A stretch of 64,000 nucleotides of DNA from contig JAUJPF010000001.1 of NCBI GenBank assembly GCA_030447275.1, positions 90,999-154,998 of the forward strand, written 5' to 3'. The notes under the pieces were generated by a model. The model was not told the origin of the DNA, ran no database searches, and saw nothing but the letters and a program-made list of their open reading frames with translations. The translations under genes were made by a program, and so were the position numbers. This document shows, piece after piece, positions 19,580-28,063 of the stretch. Source of the DNA: Solirubrobacteraceae bacterium (GTDB lineage: Bacteria > Actinomycetota > Thermoleophilia > Solirubrobacterales > Solirubrobacteraceae). Numbering within the stretch: position 1 is the stretch's first letter; every line of letters begins with the position of its first letter.

Positions 19580-20836
19580 GTGCAACGGCTGGACGAGGGC
19601 GCGCTGCGCGCCCTCGTCCCCCGGGTGCTCGCCGGCCTGGTCCGCCGGGGGGAGGACTTCGACGCCGCCGAGGACGCGCTCCAGGAGGCGCTGCTGGAGG
19701 CGTTGCGGGTCTGGCCCGAGCACCCGCCGCGCGACCCGCGCGCGTGGCTGACCACGGTCGCGACGCGGCGGCTCGTCGACGCCCACCGCAGCGAGGTCGC
19801 CCGGCAGCGCCGCGAGGAGACGGCGTACGCGGAGCCGCCGCCGGTCGCCACGGAGGAGGGCGACGACACCCTCTTCCTGCTCTTCTGCTGCTGTCACCCC
19901 GACCTCGCGCCCGCCTCCCAGGTGGCGCTGACCCTGCGCGCCGTCGGCGGCCTCGCCACGCGGGAGATCGCCGACGCCTTCTACGTTCCGGAGGCGACGA
20001 TGGCGCAGCGGATCAGCCGCGCCAAGCGCGCCCTGCACGGGCGCCGGCTGGACCAGCCCGGCGACCTCGCCGTCGTGCTGCGCGTGCTCTACCTCGTCTA
20101 CACCGCCGGCCACGCCGGACGGGTCGACCTGGCCCGCGAGGCGATCCGGCTCGCCCGCCAGCTCACCCTCGCGACCGAGGAGCCCGAGGCGCGCGGGCTG
20201 CTGGCGCTGATGCTCCTGAACCACGCCCGGCTCCCGGCGCGGCTCGACGCCGAGGGCCGGATCGTCACGCTCGACCGCCAGGATCGCAGCCTGTGGAACA
20301 CGCGCGAGATCGCCGAGGGCGTCCGCGTCCTGCAATCGGCGCTCGCCACGCAGACGGAGGAACGGCCGCCGGGCCGCTACCAGGTCGAGGCGGCGATCGC
20401 CGCCCTGCACGCCGACGCGGCGAGCGCCGAGCAGACCGACTGGCCGCAGATCCTCGCGTGGTACGACGAGCTCGTCGCGCTGACCGAGGACCCGGTACGC
20501 GAGGATCCTGCCGCCGTGCTCGGCCGCGCGGTCGCCGTCGGCCACGTCCTCGGCGCCGCCGCCGGGCTGCGCGAGACCGACCGGCTGCGCGAGGCGATCG
20601 GCGAGCGCCACCGGTGGCACGCCGTGCGCGGCCACCTGCACGAGCTCGACGGCGACCTCCCGGCCGCCGCCGCGGCCTACGCCGAGGCGGCCCGCCGGGC
20701 GACGAACGTCGCCGAGCGCGACCACCTGGTCCGCCAGGCGGCCCGGGCGCGGGTCGACGCTTCGCGCGAGTGGACGTTGACGTCGAGCGGGGTCAGGGTC
20801 TCACCGCCTCTGGACAAAGGCGCGACGAGACGCTAA
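19580..20836 (+). CDS. ECF-like sigma-70 family factor with a long C-terminal (DUF6596/TPR-like) extension
   Basis: Region 2 (AEDALQEALLEALRVWP...AWLTTVATRRLVDAHR) and region 4 (ALTLRAVGGLATREIADAFYVPEATMAQRISRAKRAL) are followed by about 230 aa of helical extension. GTG start at 19580. Confidence 0.8.
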   Translation: MQRLDEGALRALVPRVLAGLVRRGEDFDAAEDALQEALLEALRVWPEHPPRDPRAWLTTVATRRLVDAHRSEVARQRREETAYAEPPPVATEEGDDTLFLLFCCCHPDLAPASQVALTLRAVGGLATREIADAFYVPEATMAQRISRAKRALHGRRLDQPGDLAVVLRVLYLVYTAGHAGRVDLAREAIRLARQLTLATEEPEARGLLALMLLNHARLPARLDAEGRIVTLDRQDRSLWNTREIAEGVRVLQSALATQTEERPPGRYQVEAAIAALHADAASAEQTDWPQILAWYDELVALTEDPVREDPAAVLGRAVAVGHVLGAAAGLRETDRLREAIGERHRWHAVRGHLHELDGDLPAAAAAYAEAARRATNVAERDHLVRQAARARVDASREWTLTSSGVRVSPPLDKGATRR

Positions 20837-20868
20837 AGTCCGTAGCTCCCGCTACCGAGTTTCTGAAG

Positions 20869-21426
20869 ATGCCGACGCTCCTCAACCGCAACGAAGCGGC
20901 CGACCTCGCGGGCCTGTCCGTCAACGCCGTCAAGAATGCGCTCGACAGGAAGATCGTGCCCGCCGCCGTCAGCGAGGGCGGCCAGTCGCTCATCGACGCG
21001 CGTGACGTCGCGGTGCTGGTGATCCTCGCGTCCCTGGACACGCTGCGCGCCGCCGACAAGCGCCGCGTGCGGGACTGGCTGGTGACTGACCGCGTAAGCC
21101 GGCGGCTGCGCCTGAACGACGTCCTCACCGTTGAGCGCGTCCCGCACGCCGACCGCGCCGCAGAGGAGGCCGAGCGCTACGCGCACCTGCGGGACAAGTG
21201 GATCGTCAGCGACCCGGCCGTGCGCGGCGGTGAGCCTGTGGTTCGCGGCTCGCGCATCAGCGTGCACACGCTCGCCGAGCGCCTTGCACACGGGGAGAGC
21301 GACGAGATCCTCGACCGCGACATGCCCCACGTCCCGAAGGAGGCGCGGGAAGTAACCGTCCGGTACGCGAAGACCCACCCCCGGCGTGGCCGCCCTGCCG
21401 CACGCCGGAAGTTGCGCGCCGCGTGA
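20869..21426 (+). CDS. HTH + DUF433 domain protein (antitoxin-type architecture), no cognate toxin adjacent
   Basis: 185 aa. The N-terminal LNRNEAADLAGLSVNAVKNALDRKIV looks like an HTH. The C-terminal SDPAVRGGEPVVRGSRISVHTLAERLAHGESDEIL is the DUF433 signature. Confidence 0.75.
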   Translation: MPTLLNRNEAADLAGLSVNAVKNALDRKIVPAAVSEGGQSLIDARDVAVLVILASLDTLRAADKRRVRDWLVTDRVSRRLRLNDVLTVERVPHADRAAEEAERYAHLRDKWIVSDPAVRGGEPVVRGSRISVHTLAERLAHGESDEILDRDMPHVPKEAREVTVRYAKTHPRRGRPAARRKLRAA

Positions 21427-21509
21427 ATGTGCGCCGCGAGCCACCGCAAACCGATCTGCGTGCCGCTGCTCCGTACGAGTACACATAAGCGGCGTTATCG
21501 AGCGTTGGA

Positions 21510-22850
21510 TCAGGACGAAACGCGGTCCACGACGAGCCGGAAGCTCGCGCCGCTCCGGCCTGGGGCCCACAGCGTGTCCTTCGCGCTATGCGGGGTGAAT
21601 CGGGGGCGCCATCCCGGCTGGTTGGCGGCGAGCGGGACCAGATGGACCACTGCCTCTTCGCCTGACGCTTGGTCCACGAGACGACCGCGAAGGTGCCGCC
21701 CCTGGAAGCCGCCCAGGTCTGGGATGTGGCGCGCCCACAGGTTGTGGTCGTTGCGATCGAGGGTTATGTCGAGCGGCGCGGGCAGCGCTTCGAAGTTCAC
21801 CGTGGGCGTGACTTCCTCGACGAGCCGGCGCATTACCCCGAGGGCCTTTGCGAGAGCGGCGTCGCTCGTGTCGGCGAGCGACACTCGGCGATACCACCCG
21901 TCCTTCGTCTCGCCTCCGATGCCTGCCTCCGCCAACACCGCCCGCGCTCGATCGAACGGGTCCTGTGGAAAGTCCGCTGTCGCCTTGAGCGTGATCCCGA
22001 GTCGCTTGCTTTCGAGCCAGGCGACCTGACGCTGCTGTCCGCGCGTCACGGTGATGCTCGGGCCGTACGTGCGCCAAATGACGTCGGCTCCTGCTTCGGC
22101 GGCCTCCGTCAGAAAGCTTGCTATCGGCTCCCGGGTGCGCTCCGGAATCTGCTCAAAGAACGTTTCTTGGTCGAGCGGCGGCGGGTTCGGCGTGTCCCCT
22201 CGTGGATCGGAGGCGAGCGGCTTGACGACAAGCCTCGGCACGAAGCACTCGACTGGGCCGCGGAAGTAGCTGACCTCCAAGCCGAAGAACCGTTGGCCAC
22301 GCGCGTTCAGATACTCGAGCACGCGCTGCACGTTCAGCGGGATCTGGGGTGCGGCTACGACCAGTGTGAAGTCGCCGGCGGCAAGTGTCTGACCGAGTTG
22401 CTCCGCGACGGCGTCGGGCTCGACGGTGCCCTCGGTGAGGCTCTCTACGATGTACTCGCTGATCGAAGGGAACGGTGGCGTCTCGCCCACCGCAGCAAGG
22501 AACGGCTGGAGGACGCGCTGGTCGAACTCTTCGAGCGAGAGACCCCATAGCGATGCTGCGTAGTCCAGCAACTGCGCGACGACGCGCCGCGTGTCTGGGT
22601 TTCCCTCGTTCTTGACCTCGACGAGACACAGCCGCCCGCGGTCGTCGACGAGGACGAGGTCGGCGTAGCCGGCAGCGAGCCCCGACTCGCGCCCAACGAC
22701 GATCGCCTCGCCGAGGCCGAGGTCGGACGAAGGCAGGAGCGCGGGATATTGCGTCAGAGCGTCATGCAGTTCGGCTTCTGTGGGCAGCGCGGCCTCCCCC
22801 ACGATCTGCGGCTCCGCATCCTGGGCTCGAATCAGCACGTGGCGGGTCAT
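21510..22850 (-). CDS. PD-(D/E)xK (NucS/RecB-like) nuclease-domain protein with an uncharacterised C-terminal half of about 230 aa
   Basis: 446 aa. The core GYADLVLVDDRGRLCLVEVKNEGNPDTRRVVAQLLDYAASL (D...ExK...Q, nt 22551-22670) is followed by FTLVVAAPQIPLNVQRVLEYLN. I could not assign the remainder. Confidence 0.75.
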   Translation of the reverse strand: MTRHVLIRAQDAEPQIVGEAALPTEAELHDALTQYPALLPSSDLGLGEAIVVGRESGLAAGYADLVLVDDRGRLCLVEVKNEGNPDTRRVVAQLLDYAASLWGLSLEEFDQRVLQPFLAAVGETPPFPSISEYIVESLTEGTVEPDAVAEQLGQTLAAGDFTLVVAAPQIPLNVQRVLEYLNARGQRFFGLEVSYFRGPVECFVPRLVVKPLASDPRGDTPNPPPLDQETFFEQIPERTREPIASFLTEAAEAGADVIWRTYGPSITVTRGQQRQVAWLESKRLGITLKATADFPQDPFDRARAVLAEAGIGGETKDGWYRRVSLADTSDAALAKALGVMRRLVEEVTPTVNFEALPAPLDITLDRNDHNLWARHIPDLGGFQGRHLRGRLVDQASGEEAVVHLVPLAANQPGWRPRFTPHSAKDTLWAPGRSGASFRLVVDRVSS

Positions 22851-23000
22851 CCGGTCGCTGCCGTCCGCGGCCGCCTCGGGGCCGCTCCCCGAGCATTGCG
22901 GGTCGAACCCCTTGCCGCGCTTGCGGCCGTCGACCTCGCTCTGTCGTCAAGCGATGCCATTCTTCCGCTCGTGTCAGCGGCGTCGGGCAGTCGTGCGCTC

Positions 23001-23630
23001 ATGTCTAAGAGCATCTTCACCCGCGCTGGCTCGATCTACGCGCCGTTCGCCACCGCCGAGGTCCGGCGGATGCGGCGCCTCGTCGGACAGGTAGACCGTC
23101 TGCGCGGCTTCTCGTTCTTCGAGCATCCGCAACACCGGATGAAGGCCACCTTCGCCGGCGGAGTGGTTTCGAACGTGCGGGCGGACGCTCCGGGCGATGA
23201 GGCGATCTTCGCGGTCGTCCGATCTTCCGCGAGCTCTACAACCCGCACAGCACGACGAGCGCCGACCAGATCGTGATGCTCCTGAGCCGCCGCGCTCACG
23301 AACAGGCGTCCGTCTTCCCAAATGAAGCGATCGCTGACCTCCGGGAACTACGACGGCCTCCGGTGGCGACGAAAGAATGACCCGCGAAGCAGCCTGTTCG
23401 AAGAGAGCGGCGCCGGGACCTTCGTCGCACGAACGCGCGAGTCCATCATCGACACCTGGCTCTACGGCGAGTATCTCCACTTCGACGAGCCAAGAGCGGC
23501 CGAGCTCGTGGAGGGCCACCCAGCGACGGAGATGATGAAGTCACGCTCCTCTCGGCGATCCACGACTTCAGCACCATCTGGGGCCACGTCCGCAACGCTG
23601 CATTCGCAGCGACGCGCGAGCCGTCACTGA
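23001..23630 (+). pseudogene. Shattered ORF of unknown family (about 210 aa spread over four frame segments)
   Basis: Protein-like segments are MSKSIFTRAGSIYAPF...AIFAVV (frame 0), IFRELYNPHSTTSADQIVMLLSRRAHEQ (frame 2 from about 23222), SLFEESGAGTFVARTRESIIDTWLYGEYLHFDEPRAAELVEG (frame 0) and DDEVTLLSAIHDFSTIWGHVRNAAF (frame 2 from about 23531). Confidence 0.45.
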
Positions 23631-23693
23631 TTCGGTAGCGACGACGGCGCCGCGCCCGAGCACGGCGCCCGGGTCGGCGTCGATACTGCCGTC

Positions 23694-24773
23694 ATGTACG
23701 AGACCGACCTGCACCTCGAGCCCAACGAGGCCTCCGACCTCTGCGACGTGTTCGACGACGACGTCCTGCGCGCGCGCGGCTGGGACGAGGCGCTGCTGAC
23801 GGTCATGGACGAGGCGCCCGCCGAAGAGGCGCTTGCGCTCATCGTCCACGAGGCGGGTGCCGGGCACGGCGAGGGCTGGAGCGCGATGCGGGTGCCGTCG
23901 GACGCCGGCGGCGACGCCGGCCGCACCGAGGATGCGGAGGCGTGCGCCCGGCGCGACGGGTTCGTCTACGTCATGGGCTCGCAGTTCGGCAAGAAGAGCG
24001 GGCCGCTGGCCGCCAAGCGATCGTGGATCGCGCGCGTCCCGGAGGCCGCGCTGCTCGAGGCGATCGACGGCGGCACGCCGGCGCCGCTCGAGGTCGCGCG
24101 GACGCGCTTCGCCGTCCACCGCGCCGTCAACGACGCCATCGTCGCGGCGGGGATCGACGTGCTCGAGCTCGGGGACCGCTCGCGCGAGGCGTACATCGAC
24201 GCGACGATCGCCGTCGGCGAGGAGAAGGGCAAGCGCTGGGCAGGGCGCGTCGCGCCGCACGACCATCCGCTCAACGTCGAGGGCATCGAGTTCCGCGCGG
24301 GCGGCGCGCTGCTGATCGGCCTGCGCTACCCGGTCACGGCAGACGGCCGGCCGATGCTCGTCGAGGTCGGCGACCCGGGCGCCCTCTTCGACGAGCCCGA
24401 GCGGCCGCCGGCGTGCGACGCGGTGTGGGTGCTCGACGGGTGCGGGACGGCGGCGCAGCCCGCAGGCATCCGCGCGCTCCACACCCACGGCGAGGACCGG
24501 TTCGACGCGATCGTCGGGGACCTCGACGCCGCGAACAAGGGCGCCACCGTCCTCGAGGACCACCCCCACGGCGGCGCGGCGACCTCGCGCCACGTCTGCT
24601 TCGCGCTTCCGGCGGGACGAGGCGGCGCGGTCGACGCCGAGCTGGTCCACGACTTCGGCGACGTCCGCCGCGTCGAGGGGCTCGTCGTGCACGACGACGG
24701 AAGCGCGCACTACGTGCTCGACGAGGAAGGCCGCGTCGCGCTGCGGACCAGCCCCTTCAGCGCCGCCACGTAG
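23694..24773 (+). CDS. DUF3616-like hypothetical protein
   Basis: 359 aa. FVYVMGSQFGKKSGPLAAKRSW and LNVEGIEFRAGGALLIGLRYPV resemble my recollection of DUF3616 motifs. Assigned from memory only. Confidence 0.5.
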   Translation: MYETDLHLEPNEASDLCDVFDDDVLRARGWDEALLTVMDEAPAEEALALIVHEAGAGHGEGWSAMRVPSDAGGDAGRTEDAEACARRDGFVYVMGSQFGKKSGPLAAKRSWIARVPEAALLEAIDGGTPAPLEVARTRFAVHRAVNDAIVAAGIDVLELGDRSREAYIDATIAVGEEKGKRWAGRVAPHDHPLNVEGIEFRAGGALLIGLRYPVTADGRPMLVEVGDPGALFDEPERPPACDAVWVLDGCGTAAQPAGIRALHTHGEDRFDAIVGDLDAANKGATVLEDHPHGGAATSRHVCFALPAGRGGAVDAELVHDFGDVRRVEGLVVHDDGSAHYVLDEEGRVALRTSPFSAAT

Positions 24774-24883
24774 ATCTCCGAGAACGTGGGGAACGGCCGG
24801 ATCGTGTCGCGCAGCACGTCGAGCGGGACCCGTGCGCGAATCGCGAGCGTCGCCTGCTGGAGCCACTCGCCGGCCTCCGGTCC
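24749..24883 (-). pseudogene. C-terminal remnant (about 45 aa) of a pyridine-nucleotide-disulfide (FAD/NAD) oxidoreductase
   Basis: GPEAGEWLQQATLAIRARVPLDVLRDTIRPFPTFSEIYVAALKGL is the dimerisation-domain C-terminus of this family. No upstream part exists; the next gene's stop is at 24889. Confidence 0.6.
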
Positions 24884-24888
24884 GAGCG

Positions 24889-26286
24889 CTAGTGGCAGGA
24901 CCTCACGTTCGGGACGTCGACGCGGTGGTTGCCCGATTCGGTGAGCGTGCCGACGACGCGCCGGTAGTACCACCGGCCGGGCGAGCACTTCCAGTACAGG
25001 CGCCGGTCCGCGGTGATCGTCACCGGGGTCTTGTCGCAGCGGCCCAGGCGGCAGAGGTGCGCGGTGCCGTGCGCCCGCGCCCGCGGGCTGCCCCATCCCG
25101 TCCAGTGCAGGTCGCTGGCGAAGCCGGTCATCCCGTCGAGGATGAGCGGCAGGCGGGCGGGCCTGACGCGCTCCTCGTCGCCGGTTCCGAGTCCGATCCT
25201 GGTGGCCTGCGGCGGTGTCAGCCGCTGGCGGCACTTCGCCGACGTCGCCGGGGCGAGCCGCCCGGATGTGGCGCGGATCGTGTGCGCGGCCCGTCGCGCG
25301 AACACGCTCGCGCGGATGCTCGCGAAGACGTCCCGCGCGGGGGCCTCCCGAAGGAGCTTCGCCAGTCGCTCGAGGGCCTGGGCCGAGGTCTTGGCGTGGT
25401 TCTCGTCCTCCATACGGTCGCCGGACGCGCGGCCGCCGCGCAAGAGCAGGTCATAGGCGAACGGCGCGCACGCGCCGGCGATCGCGTACTCGGCCTCGAG
25501 CTCCGTGATGCCGGTGACGTAGAGACTCCAGGCGGCCTCGCGATCCTGCTCGGGGAGGGACTCGGACAGGCCTGCCTCGGCAAGCACGACGACCGCCGTC
25601 GCGAAGCCGTTGAAGATGAGCTGGTGGCGCTGGTAGCTGTACTCGGCGTAGTGCGTTTCGACCACGCCGGGGGTCGCGACGCCGCCCCGCTCGACGGGCA
25701 GCTCGAAGACCGCGATCAGGCCGCGGACCATCGCCAGGTCGCGCTCCGCGTTGCTCTGCTCGAAGGCCAGCAGCCACGCACGCAGGGCGCTCGCGTGCGA
25801 AAGGCCGCTGATCCAGCGCTCGGGGCTGAAGCGACCGTCGCCACCGCACGGCACCCCCTCGCGGCACGCCTTCCCGAGCTGGCCGTGCTCGAAGACCCGC
25901 GGCGCGTCGCCGCGGCGCACCGCGTAGCGCTCGGCTTCCTCCAGCCGGAGGCGCCCGAGCTCGTTCACGACCGGGTTCTCGTCGCGGAGCTCCTGAGCCG
26001 CCCGCACGAACGTGTCGTGCCAGTCGACGTGCCAGTGACGACGGTCGTCGCCGGGGCGCGCCTTGAAGCGACCGAACAGGAGCTTGGTGTCGTGGCCGGG
26101 CACCTCCATGCCGACGCCCCGTGTGGCGCACTCTCCCGGCCTCGGGTCACCCGCCTCCGCGTTCGCGAGCGACAGCTCATGGCAGTGCTGGTCGACCTCG
26201 CGCTCGAAGACGGTCAGCGCGTCGTCGGCGGCGTGGGCGGTCGCCGGGAAGGCGAGGGCGATGAGGAGCAGCGGGAGCAGGCGCAC
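24889..26286 (-). CDS. Secreted hypothetical protein (465 aa, Cys-containing)
   Basis: Signal peptide MRLLPLLLIALAFPATAHA and normal, non-repetitive composition. No family recognised. Confidence 0.6.
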   Translation of the reverse strand: MRLLPLLLIALAFPATAHAADDALTVFEREVDQHCHELSLANAEAGDPRPGECATRGVGMEVPGHDTKLLFGRFKARPGDDRRHWHVDWHDTFVRAAQELRDENPVVNELGRLRLEEAERYAVRRGDAPRVFEHGQLGKACREGVPCGGDGRFSPERWISGLSHASALRAWLLAFEQSNAERDLAMVRGLIAVFELPVERGGVATPGVVETHYAEYSYQRHQLIFNGFATAVVVLAEAGLSESLPEQDREAAWSLYVTGITELEAEYAIAGACAPFAYDLLLRGGRASGDRMEDENHAKTSAQALERLAKLLREAPARDVFASIRASVFARRAAHTIRATSGRLAPATSAKCRQRLTPPQATRIGLGTGDEERVRPARLPLILDGMTGFASDLHWTGWGSPRARAHGTAHLCRLGRCDKTPVTITADRRLYWKCSPGRWYYRRVVGTLTESGNHRVDVPNVRSCH

Positions 26287-26352
26287 CGGCCCGCCATCGG
26301 CAGCGCGGGCGTCACCTGAATGCTGAGGCGCACATCATCGACCGCCGGCGTC

Positions 26353-27447
26353 CTACGCCGCCGGCGGCACGAAGCACAGCTCCGGTCGGTCGGGCCGGTT
26401 GAGCGCGCGGCGCAGCGACGCGAACGCCACCGCGCCGGCGAGGAGCGGCAGCCAGAACAGGATCACCCGGTAGACGAGCACCGCCGCGACGGTCACCGCC
26501 GGCGGCGTGCCGAAGACGATCAGCGTGCCGATCAGGCCGCCGTCGATCCCCCCGAGCCCGCCGGGCAGCGGCAGCAGCCCGCCGAGCTGGCCGATGAGAT
26601 AGCCGAGCAGGATCACCGTGATCGGCGGCGAGGCCCCGAACGCGTGGAACGTCGCCCACAGGACCGCGTTGTCCCACGCCCAGTAGCCGACCGACCCCGC
26701 GATCACGAGCGCGTTGCGCGAGCGCACCATCTGCACCGCCTCCCCCGCGCCGCCCACGAGTGCCCGGCGCGCATGCCCCAGCGCGCGCGGCACGCGCCCG
26801 GCCTCCGCCGCGACCGGCTCCCCCGCCCCGAGCCGCGGCACCACGAGCACCGCGGCGATCACGAGCAGCGCGCCCGCCGCCGGCACCGCGGTCAGCCACA
26901 GCGAGAGGTCGGGGCCCACCAGCCCGAGCGCCAGCACGGTGCCGAGCACCGCCACCGCGACGAAGTTGACCGAGCTCTTGATGAGGAAGAACGCCACCGA
27001 GCGGCGCGCGATCCGGTCCGCCGGCATGCCGCCCTCGCGCAGGATCCACGCACCCAGAGCGAGCCCTCCCGCCCCGCTGGCGGGAACGATCGAGCCGGCG
27101 CCGAGCTCCGACAGCCCGATCTCCCAGCTCGTCCGCCACGGCACGGTGTGGCAGAAGATGGGCCGGAACATCAGGACGTAGGACACGCACGACAGCGCCT
27201 CGAACGCCACGGCCAGCGCCAGCCACTCCGGCCGCGCCTTCCCCAGCAGGTCGCGCACCTCCCCCAGCCCCGGAGCGAGCAGGAGCACGAGCCCGACCAC
27301 CACCAGGACCGCGACGATCTGGAGCGTGCGCCGCACGAGCCGGCGCGGCGCGAACTCGTCGGGCAACTCGACCTCGGGCGTCGGCCCGGGCGGCTCGATC
27401 GGCTCGAACCGGAAGGTCTGCCCGTCCTTGGTCCGCAGCTCGTCCAA
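26353..27447 (-). CDS. UPF0104 / lysylphosphatidylglycerol-synthase-TM-region (flippase-like) membrane protein
   Basis: Multi-TM tail of ORF 26353..27942 (RRLVRRTLQIVAVLVVVGLVLLL ... LPLPGGLGGIDGGLI). The start is uncertain: TTG 27447, TTG 27366 or GTG 27336. Confidence 0.75.
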   Translation of the reverse strand: MDELRTKDGQTFRFEPIEPPGPTPEVELPDEFAPRRLVRRTLQIVAVLVVVGLVLLLAPGLGEVRDLLGKARPEWLALAVAFEALSCVSYVLMFRPIFCHTVPWRTSWEIGLSELGAGSIVPASGAGGLALGAWILREGGMPADRIARRSVAFFLIKSSVNFVAVAVLGTVLALGLVGPDLSLWLTAVPAAGALLVIAAVLVVPRLGAGEPVAAEAGRVPRALGHARRALVGGAGEAVQMVRSRNALVIAGSVGYWAWDNAVLWATFHAFGASPPITVILLGYLIGQLGGLLPLPGGLGGIDGGLIGTLIVFGTPPAVTVAAVLVYRVILFWLPLLAGAVAFASLRRALNRPDRPELCFVPPAA

Positions 27448-27516
27448 CGGTCCGAGGCTAGAAGCCGGAGCCCCGGGTTGGCAACCGCGGCGGCGGCCGG
27501 TTAGCGTCTGCCGCGC

Positions 27517-28032
27517 ATGAGCCAGATCCCCGCCGTCGATCCCGATCGACCGTTCTTCCTCCAGAACCTGCTCACGTCGATCGCGATGTCGAAGCCCGGC
27601 CGCTGGTTCGCCATCAACGTGGCTGCGCGGGTCGACCCGGTCCTGATGAAGCTCACGAAGGGCCGGATCTCGACGTTCTTCAGCGCACCCGTGGTCCTGC
27701 TGACGACGACAGGACGGCGCAGCGGGCAGCCGCGGACGGTGCCCGTCCTCTACTACACCGACGGCGCCGATGTGATCGTGATCGCGTCCTCGTTCGGCCG
27801 CGCGAAGCACCCCGCCTGGTACCACAACCTGCGGGCCAACGGGGTCGCCGCGCTGACCGCTCGTGGCCGCAGCGGTCCGTACGTCGCCACCGAGGTCGCC
27901 GACCCCGACGAGCGGCTGCGCCTGTACCGGCGCGGCGAGCACCTCTACCGCGGCTGGCGCGACTACGAGGCGATGGCCGGCGCCGCGGGCAGGCAGATCT
28001 CCGTCTTCCGCCTGGCGGCCGCGACGACCTAG
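27517..28032 (+). CDS. Deazaflavin (F420)-dependent nitroreductase family protein (DUF385)
   Basis: PVVLLTTTGRRSGQPRTVPVLYYTDGADVIVIASSFGRAKHPAWYHNL is the family signature. Confidence 0.85.
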   Translation: MSQIPAVDPDRPFFLQNLLTSIAMSKPGRWFAINVAARVDPVLMKLTKGRISTFFSAPVVLLTTTGRRSGQPRTVPVLYYTDGADVIVIASSFGRAKHPAWYHNLRANGVAALTARGRSGPYVATEVADPDERLRLYRRGEHLYRGWRDYEAMAGAAGRQISVFRLAAATT

Positions 28033-28063
28033 CGCGTCACGGAATCGGGCCTGCGCGGGCGCG

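Larger units (their letters stand above)
20837..23690. other. Compositionally atypical (lower-GC by eye) accessory island
   Basis: A/T-containing codons and AT-rich patches (for example 21470-21500 and 22040-22330) are much more frequent than in flanking genes. Its contents are an orphan antitoxin-type gene, a nuclease-domain gene and a shattered ORF. No mobility gene is seen. Confidence 0.45.

Noticed and set aside
21427-21509. Missing toxin partner (PIN/DUF5615/DUF4411) immediately downstream of the DUF433 gene
   Set aside because: Only 83 nt separate it from the convergent nuclease gene. The short ORFs starting at the stop (MCAASHRK..., VNVRREPPQTD...) show no PIN-like acidic motifs.
22974-23519. 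181-aa minus-strand ORF in the island
   Set aside because: It is Arg/Gly/Ser-rich with no protein-like segments. The + strand carries the better, though fragmented, coding signal.
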